Shown here: one piece after another, positions 50,698 through 63,419 of the stretch
Layout: each line of letters begins with the position of its first letter
Numbering within the stretch: the stretch's first letter is position 1
NCBI GenBank assembly: GCA_965113315.1
Contig: OZ220364.1
Length of the DNA stretch: 64,000 nt
Direction: 5' to 3' (one strand)
Source: Podarcis vaucheri
Taxonomy: Eukaryota
Position numbers and translations under genes: made by a program
Notes under the pieces: generated by a model
Databases searched by the model: none
Told to the model about the DNA's origin: nothing
The model's input: only the letters and a program-made list of their open reading frames with translations

Positions 50698-52017
50698 GTT
50701 ATCTTGGCTTTTTTTGTAGGATTAAGGGATCGGTGTCTACTGCTTGGCAGTTCGATTGGGCTCCTTTTCGACTGATGTAAGGCACTGTAGAGGAAAACCT
50801 CACCTAGGGGAGAGGCATGTGTCAACTTCTCTATCTTCCACAGGGTGAAATGAGTTAAATTCTGGGGCAATACTTAAGTAGGCCTAAGCACATTTATTTG
50901 GAAATAAATACCACCGGAAGGCACCCAGCTAACTTAGAGTAGACCTGCTAAAATTAATGAACCCAGTTAGCCGTGTCCATTAATTTCACTGGGTCTGTTC
51001 TGAGTAGCGTGAACATTCTATTGATTTCAGCCAAAACACAAGGAAGTTAACATGAAGAGGTAGCAATTAGTACAACAGGCTAGCCAGCTCTCCCTTGATG
51101 CTGTTAGTAATGGGAAGCATGTGCAGAAAAACAAAAACGGGGAGTGCAATACCTACTAGGATTTCACAGCCATAAAATATTTAAATTACACTTAATTTTT
51201 ATTCATTCGATGTTTGAGTGAACATCTGCTCTAGCAATAGGAGAGTAAACAAAAAAGAGGGATAGAATGTATTTTTATCAGGTGTTGATGAGCAGCTTGA
51301 AACAAGCTGCCTTTCGAGCCATTTTGAAGTATTTATGAAGAATTACAGTGCATGCAGTGTAGTTTTGTACAAAAGGGATGGTGCATGCTGAAATTCGGCA
51401 CCTGCTTTCAGTCCATGGTTACAAACAGTAGTGATGATCAGTTGAACAAGGGAGAGATGTGGGGCTTCTTTTTCAATCACTGTTTGGTTTTGTGACGCTA
51501 GCATTACCACTCTGTGTACATCAGAGCATTAGGGGAAAGATGGCTTGTTAATACATGTTAAAGTGCTAGTCTAATGTGCAGCTCTATTTTAGCAGGCCAC
51601 AGACGGCCACAGTTGCTTGCAGGATGCAAAGGGTGTTATCGTAAGCTTGTGGAGTTCATTCATATACTACACAGTGCCTGTTGTGCAATCTTAACCCCCA
51701 CCCTTGCTGTTGATGGTGGTGAGAGCAGGGGTTTAGGATGGCACATAGTGTCCTCTTCTCTGGACCTCCATTGGCAGAGAGGAGTTGTGGGTGCCAGTGG
51801 TGGTGGGTTAACCTTTGCCCTGGCAGACAGGAAGCTACCACTGTCAGTAGGCAGCAGAAAGCCCCCAAATGGATCGTTTTGATGCATGGTGCCAACATCT
51901 TTGGATGCATTGGGTCGTATTCAACTAGGTTTTACTCAAAGAAGACCTGTTGAAATTGATGGGTCTGCATAGCTATGGCTTTGTGCCTTTAACCGTGCTT
52001 TTTCCTTCTCTTTGCAG

Positions 52018-52143
52018 GTATATGACGAGGCTTACCATGCCCTCCACAAAGAGCTTCCTGAGGTGACTGCATCTGTCCTTAAAGAAATACAGTTGTGGAT
52101 TAGTCAGAAACCCTCAGCAGCTGAAGAAGCCCGTCACTCTTAA
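52018..52143 (+). CDS. MGLL: MGLL last coding exon with catalytic His and stop
   Basis: Strong pyrimidine tract plus tttgcag acceptor. Translates [41 protein letters not shown], with TAA at 52141-52143. Confidence 0.97.
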   Translation, partial: VYDEAYHALHKELPEVTASVLKEIQLWISQKPSAAEEARHS

Positions 52144-55100
52144 AGAAAAGCTGGCTTGAGACCTTCTTATATGGTTGTTGGGCTATTCCGGGAAGATATT
52201 TTTTCCTTTTCTGTTTTTTACAACCTCTTTTCGGGGGCAAAAATGTTTCTCTTAAAGGGACTCCTGAAATACGTTATTTTTAAACAGACATTTCCTGTGG
52301 GGTTGTGGGGAGGGGGGTTGCCACGCAGCCGTTCAAAGGGCACTTTCTTCCCAGGAGAAAGAGCTATGGGAATGTTGTATCAGTACAGACTTCCCGGCTG
52401 GGGGTGCTGCTTTAAGGGACTTCCTTGAATCCCCCCTCAAAGCCCACAACACTCTCTAAACATGTTCTTTGTTGTCCAGGGAGTTCCTGAGGTGCTGAGG
52501 TATTTTTTCCATTTTTTTAATATTGCAATAATCTTCGGAAGGTTTTAAAAAATAATTGTCATTCAGTTTCTACTCTTGCCAGGTGACAATTCCTCCCTCC
52601 TCTACTTCCAAGGCTACAAGACAGACCCAAAGGGAAACGTCGTTTATCAGATGGAGATGGAGCTAGGAAGGAAGTTAGGCTGCTGGCAGAGTCTCTTCCT
52701 GTGTGAATTCAGGCCATGACTGTGTTTAGATTTAGGGTCTGGCCAGGCCGAAAGGGCCTCTCAGCCCTCAGAGCTTCGAGAATAAGGAGGAGTCCAGCAG
52801 ACCACAGGAACAGCGCAAGCAGCACTCTAGATGTAGCGCTGTTTAGTGATCAGCCCCCAAAATGACGCCACTGAGGAACAGGACTAACATAGAAGTCTAC
52901 AAGCCTTAAGGCGTAGACTCTTAAGCACACAAAAGAGATGCTGATGATGTTACTTCTGCTTCCAGAAACCAAATCCTTCTTCTGTGCAAGAACTGTATTC
53001 TGTAAATACGCGTAGGGGCTGCTTTTCTTGTTATTTGTGTTAACTGATAACTTAAGATGTAAAGTCAAAAGTTATATTTAAAGAAAAATATTAAATATAA
53101 TATATAATGTCTCTATAGGTCATTCAGAGGTATCTAGAGGAGGAGGAGGAACAGAGTATAGAATGAAAGCAGGGGATGTCACTTCTGCAACGTGTGTCCC
53201 TTTAGAGGATTTCCAGGCAGCACAAGTTTAACTCTGCCATGTTGCAATATGAATGCAATTGCCACTTGAAAACCAGGGAGTAGCCACCCGTTGCTTTTCC
53301 CCAGTTCTCACACTCCTATTCCTCCTTTTAATTAGGATGGACCAGACAGAAACAACTTGCCTTTGGGGTAGGGTAGTGTTTGTCTCCCTATTCTTTTATT
53401 CTATCCATGGTTGGAAGGAAATAAGGGGAAGGAGTGAAAGAAAGAAGCCAAAGTAATGGAAGAGTCGGGGACAGGAGGCGATTGTAAAAGTTACTGGATT
53501 CTCAAGAGTCCGTGGTACGTGGGGGCCCTGGAAGCTTGACTAGCAGAGTACTGGGCTAGCATTTTTTGGCAATACTTACTTGAGGAGGGGAAAATGGGCA
53601 GTGCTAAGAATTGAAAAGAGCCACCCGTTGGGTGAAAGTGCTTGTTGCATATGAGGAAGATATTGAAGAGGGGTGAGGAAATGGATACAATGGGCTGTTT
53701 ATGGTACACATCTCTGAGGGAGGGGATTTGATAGCAAGATAGTTATGTGGAATCTCTTAATCGCAACAACTTTGGGGTATTAGCTTTCACTGAGACTAGC
53801 TGCTTGACCAGCCCAGACACATCTGCACCAGGGAAATATGAAGGAGCAGCCCATGGCTAGCCAAAAACATGCCACCTAGCTATGAAGCAGTGTTTTCAGG
53901 CAGCCCAAAATTGGCATGTTTGTTGAAAGTCTGTGTAATAGTGCCCCCCTCCACCCTAACCAATGTGAGGATTATGAGGTGCCTGCCAACTTTGCTTTGC
54001 AGCAGAATTCTTCTATTTACTACTATTTCCCCCTCTAGAATAACCCAGTTAGCACTGCTGAGCTAGTCTCCTGTTAAAGTGACTTGGAAAGAGAATCAGT
54101 TTAAAAGTTTTCCATTGGGTGCCTACCATGATCTTTCTACAAGAGTGCCAGTCCTGCTTTTTCCATGCATTTCTGCTCTAGAGGTGTATGGATAGTGGAT
54201 AGGACTTTATATAATAGATGCCCAGCAGGAGTTTGAACTCTTTTCACCTGCTGGTCTTTCAGCTTTGCACTGGGGGCAAGCAACACAGCATTCCCCACTG
54301 TCGAGATTTTTCAGCTGGACCAGTAGTCTGTATTGCAAAACCACCCAGATTATGACAGTTTCACTTCCCACCTCCAAAGCCAGTTCCTTTTGGGAACTGT
54401 GAAAGAGAACTTTGTGTAATAACAAACAGCCCCCGAATCTAACTTTAATTAGCTCTGATCTGTTCTCTAATAAGGGTGTGAGAGGCAGAAGCTTAACACA
54501 TCACAAGACCTCAGCAAGAGAAGCACTGTAGGAGTAACAGTCGCCTGGTTTGCACAGACTTTTGCAACTCCTAGCAGTTCATCCAGATTTTTTAAAAAGG
54601 CCCCCTTTTGTTATAGAATTAATTGTGACCATTTCAGGGTGCTTAAAATTTCCTTTGACAGGCCTCGGATTAATTATTGGTTGCAGATTTTATCAGTCAT
54701 TTCACATCACAGAGGACTTGCCCTACCATAAGAGCTCAGCTGACTGAACCAGTGCAGCTGTAGTTGTGGCCTGTGAGTTACTAAAATGGAGACTGGGCTA
54801 TGGGAGAGCAGCATGCTTGCCGTTGCATATGGGTGGTGGGAATTATTTCAGCAGCAAAAGCCCAGTGAATTAGATACACTATTGTTCTTCTGGCTTCATA
54901 ATAGGCTTCTTTTCCTGTTCCACGAGCTGAGGGAACAGGCAATATTGCAAGGGTGGTGACTAGCTAAGGTGAATGCCCTTGCATTTATAAGCCTTAAAAA
55001 AAAATCAGGTAAGCTGCATGGATAAGCAGCAGTTGGCACAGAAGTAGAAGCACTCAAAATGCATATTGCACATTAAAACGGCAATCAAGGTGGAGAGTAT

Positions 55101-55558
55101 TCCAAAGATGTGCATGTTAGCTTAATTCTTCACCTATTCAGATCAACTGGGAGTTTAGCCACAGTGTGAGAAATCTAGGTCAATGCTGGCTGCCTTGGAG
55201 GAGAAGTGCTTTTTCGCATTTAACTCCTACACACATGAGCACTGCTGTGCTGGCCTCTATTGTATACATGCCCAAAAGAGGTTCTAAGTTCAGTGCCTTT
55301 GAATAAATTTGTCCAGAGAAAGCCTGCTGTAACTCCTGAGCTTTGAAGCAATAGATAAAGAAGAGTTAGAACAGACTTCCCCAAGCTGGTGCCCTCCAGA
55401 TGTTTTGAACTATAGTCCCCATCCTCCTGACCATTGCCAGTGGTAGCTGGGACTGGCAGGAGTAGCTGTGACCTTCAGGATCACAGGTTGGAGACAAATG
55501 GATTGGAAACCATATTCAACTGTCAAAGTCATGCATAGGTTTGAAAAACCACACTGAA

Positions 55559-55604
55559 TGGGAAAGCGATAGCTACTGTTATTGGGAAAGTGATAGCTAC
55601 TGTT
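55559..55604. repeat. 22-bp tandem duplication
   Basis: TGGGAAAG(C/T)GATAGCTACTGTT occurs twice with a 2-bp spacer. Confidence 0.9.
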
Positions 55605-56902
55605 TGTTCATTTTGCTAAGGACTATGCATTTGGGGAAATGCAACCCGGGGAGTGAGTTAGAGAGGTTATGTTCCTTTAAGAGCAAATAGAAGCTGGCCA
55701 CCTTCGCATAGGCCTATTGAGCTTCCGTCTGCCATGGAGCTTTTAAAAGAATAGAACTAACTACTTAAGTATTGCTTTCAAAAAGAGGGAGGGGCAATTT
55801 AAATAATACTCATTTGCTAGATGTTGGGGAATTCGAAAAAAGACTTATATTCCTGCTGGGATAGAATAAACAACAGTTCGTAAACTGAATTGTGCTGGAT
55901 CAACACCAGTGAAGGCTCTAAAACAAAAAATCATTTCTGCTGCAGTTAAACCTGTCAAGTCTAAGCTTGCTCATGCTGGGAAGTTGGACTTCTGCAGTGT
56001 TCTAAAGAAAGTAACTTGCTGAGCAACCACAGTTGGCAGCCAGGGGCAGCGTTTGGATTGTTGCAGGAAAACAAGGGCAGAGCCACAGGCTGCATTTTGG
56101 CCATAGCCCTGAGAAAAAAAGAGAGAGATTGTAGTGGTGATCTTCAGGAGCCTGCCTTGCTAATCAACATTAAACCAGCTGAAGCTCCTTGGGGCTGCCC
56201 TACCTCAGGCCTGCACAACTTGTGACCCACCAAACTGACTACAACCTCGCCTGTAGGCTGCAAAGTCTTCTGCTTTTACAATCCTAGACATGCAGCAGAA
56301 GTGGGAGTCTTACAGAGTTTCAGACATTGGTGAGTGAGCTGTTATTCAGCTTGGCAGGTGACAAATTGCACAGGCCTGCCCTACCTTAAAATCACAAACT
56401 AGAGTTCACCAGAAGCATCTACAATTTTAACTTGTTTGATGCATGCAGTTTCTGGAGAGCAAAGTTCTCCAGAACTTGTATCAGCTTCCAGACTGCTGTG
56501 CTGGGGACCAACGGAGTTTCCCCCTCTTTGAGAACTTAGTTCCTTTATGACAGAGCAATAGTTGTGTGTAACTAATGTATATAACCGCCATCATATGCAC
56601 CGGACGTGGCATGACAACCAGCCTTCCCATAACATGTCTGGCACAACGTTTTATAATGAGCCTGCTCTTTTTATATCAGTCACCTTACCACTTTGATGAC
56701 ATTATCTTACCAAGATAACTTATTTTTCCAAGTAATTCCTGTGCCACTGTTTCTGCTCGTTTCATTTGTGCTCCAACTCACACAGTACTAGACACTCAAC
56801 ATACATACACACTTGAAATGCCTGTATTTACAGCGAGGAGAATGTGTACAACTTAGATACTTTTGAGAGAAAAAGAAAAATAATATGTATATGAACACTA
56901 AT

Positions 56903-56908
56903 AATAAA
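56903..56908 (+). terminator. Candidate distal polyadenylation signal of MGLL
   Basis: AATAAA preceded by several TGTA elements (56822-56890) and followed by a U-rich stretch. Confidence 0.45.
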
Positions 56909-57379
56909 GATATGTTTTTTTGAGTATGGCATGATTGAGAGAATTTGTACCTACCCAGTTATATCAAGAGCTGCAGAGGTGTTTGGCTGTTGCTCTTTTG
57001 TAAACAACAACAGTGCTTTTACCCAGTTAATATTTGATAAATAGACCAGGGATCTCGTTAACCGAAGGGGAGTAACTCAGGGACATTCTGCAAATGATAA
57101 TTCAAGTCTTTACCACACTCTAAAGACTGGGGCCTTTGAGAATGCAAACCCAGGTTAGAACAGGATTTACTGGCACGTGCTCATTCTCTTTGTTGATGGC
57201 CCTGGGTTGTGTCAGTGAGGGCAATTGAGAGCCATTTTGAAGTGCAGGCTGGGAACACCACATGGGTGAAGACTACAGTACAGTGTACACTTTCACATGG
57301 TTGAAAAGAAAGAGCATGGGCACAAAGAATAAATGCTAAAATGCCATTGATTGCTCATATAAATGTTTACTCATTTTCC

Positions 57380-57466
57380 CCTTGTGGGCTTCCCACAGGC
57401 ATCTGATTGGCCACTGGGAGGACAGAATGCTGGAGTAGATGGGCCAGCAGACTCTTCTAAGCTTAT
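57380..57466 (+). mobile_element. CR1 LINE 3' fragment (sense orientation)
   Basis: cttgtgggcttcccacaggcatctgattggccactg...agaatgctggagtagatgggcc is the reverse complement of the 39.2 kb motif. Confidence 0.7.
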
Positions 57467-60375
57467 TAGAGCTCCCATGTCTCCAATATGGCGCCTTCAC
57501 TGAGTATACCTGCCTAGCTTCCGCTCCTTCACTTTGCACCATCACTTCAACCTCTGTTCAGCTTCTGAAATGCACGTACACTTCCCGTCATACTTCTTTG
57601 CTCTTAAATGCCGGTGTTCTTAAGCCATTTCATTTCCAGCCTGAGTGAACAAGGCCCACAGTACACCAGAGCTTAGAATCCCAATTATATCCTTTTAAGC
57701 TGTTTTAGGGCCTCTCCAAATGGATTTTTTAAAAAACGTGTATTCTGCAACATCACTGGTGAATTAATCAGTGGTGGATTTATACTGGACATTCCACTTT
57801 TTTTTTTTTTTTTACTTTGCTGTACTGAATTACTGTCTTTGGGAGGGGCACTATAAAGCACAACAAAAGTGGGACAAAACAACCACAACTCTTGAACATT
57901 ATGGAAAGTTATGAGCATTATGGAAAGTATCAGTAATTCAGCAGGAAACCACGGGACATTCTCCCAATTACAAAGCAATGTGTCCACTCCAAAACTTTTC
58001 CAGGCACAAACTGTGGAAAAAAAGATCACGTATAACCATCCCAATACTAGTATTTGCACAGATCCATCATGAATGCACATTAAAAATGACATCTAGAGAG
58101 GCCCTTAGGAGGCTTCTTGCAATCTACATCCTTGGAAACGCTGAACCTCGAACAGCTAATAAAACCTGTTACCAATAAGAGATGCAAGATAGAATCCCCT
58201 TTGCCCCCCTGCTGCGCTAGGGACCCTTGCCCTTAATACCTAATGTTTATTTTTGCTAGCATTGGCTGACACTCACTTTTAAATATCTCAGCCAGCCATC
58301 ACATATCTTCAGTAACAAAGGCAACCACCTGTGCTCTTAAGAAAATCTCATCATCTGCCACATTTTTGCATCTGCTATCTCCTATCAGGAATCCATCCTA
58401 ATTTTTTTTTTTTGCTGGGGTTGTAGAGCTGGGAGGCTGCGAGCCAAGTGTTTTCAGAGAGAGCTTCAAGCTGCCAAGGCAACAGTTCAGTTCCACTGTA
58501 AGGTGAAGGGGGGGAGGGGAACTGGAATATCCAAGCAAATTAATTGGGTGGGGTTTTATGACAAGTAGACAGCAGAATGCAAGCATAGCTAGAAGATCTA
58601 GCCAACCCTGCAGGAGGCAACATTTAGAGCAAATGGTGCTTGCGGGTTTTAACTATTCCTCTGTACTCTGAAGCTTTAGTACTTCATAAGTAGGTGTGAG
58701 AGACTCATCATTTTGCATGCTGCTCAGGGCGGATGAAAGTCTACTACAGCCCATCCAATGGGACACTTGCTTCTGCCGTGAAGCCTAGACATGCACTTTC
58801 GTCTGGTGGAATTAATGCAAGGAAGCAGGCAACAATTTGGGGAAAGATTGGGGGAGTGAGTTTTGGAGGCAGCACAAACTCCACAGACCTCAGTTCCAAA
58901 TTCCCAGCCCTGTGAGGACGAGATCCAGGCGTCTAAACATACAGCAACAGCTTCATTGCACTATCAATCAATCCGCAAGAATGAAGCCAACTTGCTGGCA
59001 AGCAGCAAGAACGCAGCTTTTCTCTTGAGAGCCAACAAATATGGGATGCAGTACCCGGTTACTGCTGCACCTGGGCATAAGGCAACAAGCTTGCAAACAA
59101 TGGTGAGCGGAGGTGTCTCAAGGTACAAACTGGAACTGTGGGCTTGTCCACATTACTTAGTCCAAGTCAAACTTGATTTGACCAGTGGCTAACCTGCTGT
59201 GTCCACCCTGAAAGCATCTCAGGCTCCTGGTAATGATGTACAAGTTTACAAAGCTGCGGGGCTATGACTTAAGGCAACTTTTGAACAGGAGGAAGAATTC
59301 TAGCCTCATACATTACAAATCCATGAACTTTTCCTACTTAAACACCTCCTTCAGTCTGTTTTGGACTATCTGCACTCTCAGAGCACCTAGAAGACCTGGG
59401 TGGGTTAACAAGCTTCTGAAGACCAGTGGCCTGTTTATATCAGTGATTCTTTGACAGAGTTCAGGTGGACATATCCTGTTTCCATGACGAAGAGAAAAGG
59501 AGTGCTCCAAAGCACTACTATCAAAAGGTCCTCCCTTGACAATAACTTGTGCACTAGAGTTAGTGGATACCTCATAGTCTCCACTATACAATGTTGTCTC
59601 CCTCTCTGAGGTTTTGGTGATATGAGGTGGAAATTGGGTTCCTTATCAACATGATATGGAATTGTCCAGTTGCAAGCCATTTTGGGAGTGATGTTTTCCT
59701 GGTAATGATTAATTTAGCTTTCCTGAAAGGCTTGCTATATATCAAAGATATGCGTGTTTTGTTGAAATATAACCCCACTATTTGGAATTTACTGTGAGGC
59801 CATGACCTATAGGCCATGCGTTCAGTACACTTAGCCAAACACATTGCATTTTAACACTGGAAGACGACGTCATTGCCCTGTATACAATGATGGATTCATG
59901 ATTTGCACTCCCTATCCTCATCTGAACTGGCCGTGTATAAACATGAGCACGAAGAAGATAAATATGGGAACATTTGGTCAGCTGTTTTTGTGTGTGTTTT
60001 TTTAGACTTCTGCATCCTATTTGGTGGTCCAGTATATTTGGGTTTATATGGTCAAAGCACCTTAAATTATCTTTTCCATGTCATTCTCTATTTTCACTAA
60101 ATTCTTTTTGGTTTTTGGTTTGAATATTATTTTCACAATGCAATTTTTTTTTGGCAAAAGAATGTGGCACTCTGCACCTGAACTAATGCCGAATAGGGTA
60201 TCACAATAGCTATTTATTGGATGATCTGGGTTTTCTGTGTCTTTTCCTCGGATGGTGTTGGCCATATGCCATACATAATACAGAAAGCAAAGGTACAGTT
60301 TGGTTCGCTTGGACTTTTATTTATTAAGGTTTATGAAACTGCTTGCCCTTCTATGCATTTGACCATGATACTTCA

Positions 60376-60721
60376 GTAAAGGGACCCCTGACCATTAGGT
60401 CCAGTTGTGGCCGACTGGGGTTGCTGCGCTCATCTCACTTTACTGGCTGAGGGAGCTGGCGTACAGCTTCCGGGTCATGTGGCCAGCATGACTAAGCCGC
60501 TTCTGGCGAACCAGAGCAGCGCACGGAAATGCCATTTACCTTCCTGCCGGAGTGGTACCTATTTATCTACTTGCACTTTGACGTGCTTTCGAACTGCTAG
60601 GTTGGCAGGAGCAGGGACCGAGCTACAGGAGCTCACCCTGTTGTGGGGATTCAAACTGCCGACCTTCTGATCGCCAAGTCCTAGGCTCTGTGGTTTAACC
60701 CACAGCGCCACCCGCGTCCCC
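60376..60721 (-). mobile_element. Full-length Sauria SINE (Squam1, lacertid type)
   Basis: Minus strand starts GGGACGCGGGTGGCGCTGTGGGTTAAACC (A box), has a B-box-like AGTTTGAATCC and ends GGTCAGGGGTCCCTTTAC. 12-bp TSD GATACTTCAGTA/GATACTTGAGTA at 60367-60378 and 60722-60733. Confidence 0.93.
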
Positions 60722-62049
60722 GATACTTGAGTATCAAAGACAAATTCAAGCCTCTTCACGCTGTATGCTTGCCCAATAACAGATTACAAATCAGAGCCTG
60801 CATGCAACACAGAAGTAGGTGATCTTAATGCCACTTCTTTTAATGCGAGTTTAAATGCACACAGTTGTGCAGTGTACTGTGGCTAATGTCTCTGTGTAAA
60901 ACATGCACAAATATTGGGTGGAGGGGACAATTTCGAGAAACAAAGCCGCATAACCACCCCACACCTGAAGCTAATTCTACAAAAGCTGAATTGATGTTGG
61001 CAAACCACTTCTATTAAGTCCTCTGGGTTTTTCTAACTCAGGTTTTTTCCCCTCCTGTCTGGAACCGGTATTACAGCTATCCTAGAAATGTCAGATGTGG
61101 AATTGAGAATGAAGCATGGAATCCAACATTTGCATCAGCATCTAATCAGATGCAGGCTGCAACGTGTTAAGGTAGTATGTTTCATTTGACTTTAAGCCAG
61201 AATTACAAATGTTGCTGTTTATCAGTGGATAAATCAGTTTGAGTACAACTCACAGAACAGCTTTGAGATGAAGACAGCATGACCTAGATCTTGTCAGAAA
61301 TTTCTTGCACTGCAAAGAATGTTTTGATGAAGTCATTTTACGGTCTGCTCACCAGCACCACATGCTTACTAAAGCAAATAGGAGCCTAGTTCCTTCAGGT
61401 ATCCTTTGTTTCCACATACTTCCAAGTTGCACTTTAGTAACAACTGTGCATACGCAAATCTCTCAATTTCAGTTTTCCCTCTGTTTCTCACTTTCCCATT
61501 CTTAAGTTCAGTTCCCCATACTTCCACACCTGTTCATGATTTTTTTTAGACCTCTTTAGCATTTTAGTGCAAAGTTATTCTAAAAGGAATTATGCTGGTC
61601 TGCGACTGTAATAAAGTTTATACCCCTCCTAAAAGGCACATTTTCCCAAAGCAACTTCTTGTATTTTGTGTGTCATTTTCACAAATATATGCATTTTTTA
61701 ACACATTACTTGGCTAGAGATCTGCATTGCAAAATTCAGATAAGCGCGAACTTCAAAGAATGGTTGTGTTTTGCTTCAAGTATTGTTTCGGAAGGTTAGG
61801 TAGATTTGTCTTTAAATGTGAACATGCTCAATTTTTCCTCATCCCTAGTGACAATCTCAGAAGTACAATTATGCGTTCTTATAAAGCTTGTAAGAGACAG
61901 CCAATGGCATTGTCTTCTGTGCAGTGTTGACATAATCAGAAAGTGGAGCGATTCTGTGCATGGTAGCACAAATATTCCACCTATATGCCTGAGAGTTTTG
62001 AAGAAGTTCAGAACCTTTATATCAACACCACAACCATTATACTATTTTC

Positions 62050-62320
62050 CATAAGAACAAAGCATTGCCTAACTGGATCAGACCACTGGACCATCTAGTC
62101 CAATGCTGCCTCTAGCAACAGGCAGCCAGATGGTCTAGGAAGCCCACCTGCAGAGAGCATGATCCTGCCTTATTAGTTCTCAGCATCTGGTAATGAGAGG
62201 CCAGTAGCAACTGAATACAGAATTTCAACTTTTAGCTGTCATGGCTAATACACATTGATTGGCCTACTTCTTACGATTTTTTAAAAAGCCGTTTAAACTA
62301 GCAGCTGTTATCAAATTGTG
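62050..62320 (-). mobile_element. CR1 LINE 3' fragment
   Basis: cataagaa tail; ctggatcagacc...ccatctagtcca...agccagatg...ggaagccca. Confidence 0.6.
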
Positions 62321-62643
62321 AGGGAGGGGGGAATCGCCCTCTAAACTGGCTATTGATCCATTTAATTAGGTGGTCCAAGTTCTAGCATTATGAGATAAAT
62401 CTATTTCTTCAATCCATCCTCACTGTTCTCAGTCTTCTAGCAAGCTTGTCAAAACGTCAAGCATTATAAGATCCACTTAAACCTTCCCCACACAAGGAAG
62501 ATCTTTCATCTCCAACCTGATTGTTCTGGATGTCCTTTTCTACGTTTTCTCTGCTTTGTTATTTTTTAAGGTAGGTTTTAAGCTGTGCACCAAAGATTTT
62601 GATCCTGAAATGCATTTTATTTTTTTGCCAATTATTTTTTAAA

Positions 62644-62649
62644 TTTATT
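62644..62649 (-). terminator. Candidate polyA signal of a convergent minus-strand gene
   Basis: Minus strand reads TTTGTATCTAGTTTGTATTCATTTGGCGATGTTAAAAATTATGGAAAATAAA, i.e. two UGUA followed by AAUAAA. A second AATAAA lies at 62616-62621. Confidence 0.3.
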
Positions 62650-63327
62650 TTCCATAATTTTTAACATCGCCAAATGAATACAAACTAGATACAAATTTAA
62701 AAGCCCACCCACCCCACATGCATTTTAGTACATCTCCATTATTGTATGGAGAGTTGGAAATGGGAAGTGCAGCTAAAAGAAAAGTTGGTTTGTGTGTGTG
62801 TCAAAAAAGAAAGAAACTAATAAATTTAACAAAAAATAAAATAATTAGTTACTAGCAGCTCTAAAGAAACAAAAGCCCTGTAGAACAAGGAACGATAACC
62901 ACCTTAACACCTCTAAGAACAAAGCAGCGTCTGTCATCGGTTGAGGCTGAGATAGAAGCCTTGGGCCTTGATACAGCTGCAGAAAATCTACAGGTGCAGC
63001 TTTTCCCAGCAATACATCTCCACGCTGAGAAAAGCGCCACCCTTTTCGTAGCATTTAAAGGCCCAGGATGTCTTTGTTAATTAACAGGATCATAGACCTA
63101 CTTGATCAGCGCATTTTATTTTATTTTTGTTCTGTCCTGCTCACCCTAGCACAGGTGGCTTCTTTTGTCCATCCCTTATTGAAGCACGATCATTATAAAG
63201 CCCCCCTTAAAGGGAAGAAGGAGGGACATGGGAAATGAACTCTTGAAGGGATGTGAAGCATCCACTTCATTCCTCACCACCACCTGTGCACATGTGAGAG
63301 CTTCCCAGAGCAGAGCTTCCTGAAGTG

Positions 63328-63329
<2 letters not shown>

Positions 63330-63415
<86 letters not shown>
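63330..63415. repeat. (TG)n-TA-(CG)n-(CA)n self-complementary compound microsatellite
   Basis: 86 bp of uninterrupted purine/pyrimidine alternation. Confidence 0.95.

Positions 63416-63419
<4 letters not shown>

Larger units (their letters stand above)
52144..56930 (+). other. MGLL: Probable MGLL 3' UTR (extent uncertain)
   Basis: Follows the stop codon and is repeat-poor. Candidate polyA signals: ATTAAA 53090 and AATAAA 55302, 55865, 56903. Confidence 0.5.

Noticed and set aside
52016-52023. AG|GT junctions at exon starts 43359, 50482 and 52018 as recursive splice sites
   Set aside because: Explained by exons starting with Val codons; these are ordinary coding exons.
55172-55182. RORE-like AATCTAGGTCA (and AAGTAGGTCA near 19840)
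   Set aside because: About one match is expected by chance in 64 kb; no supporting context without conservation data.
60640-60721. tRNA-like A/B boxes as a tRNA gene (also at 6203 and 20832)
   Set aside because: They are SINE heads continuous with SINE bodies, with no intact cloverleaf.
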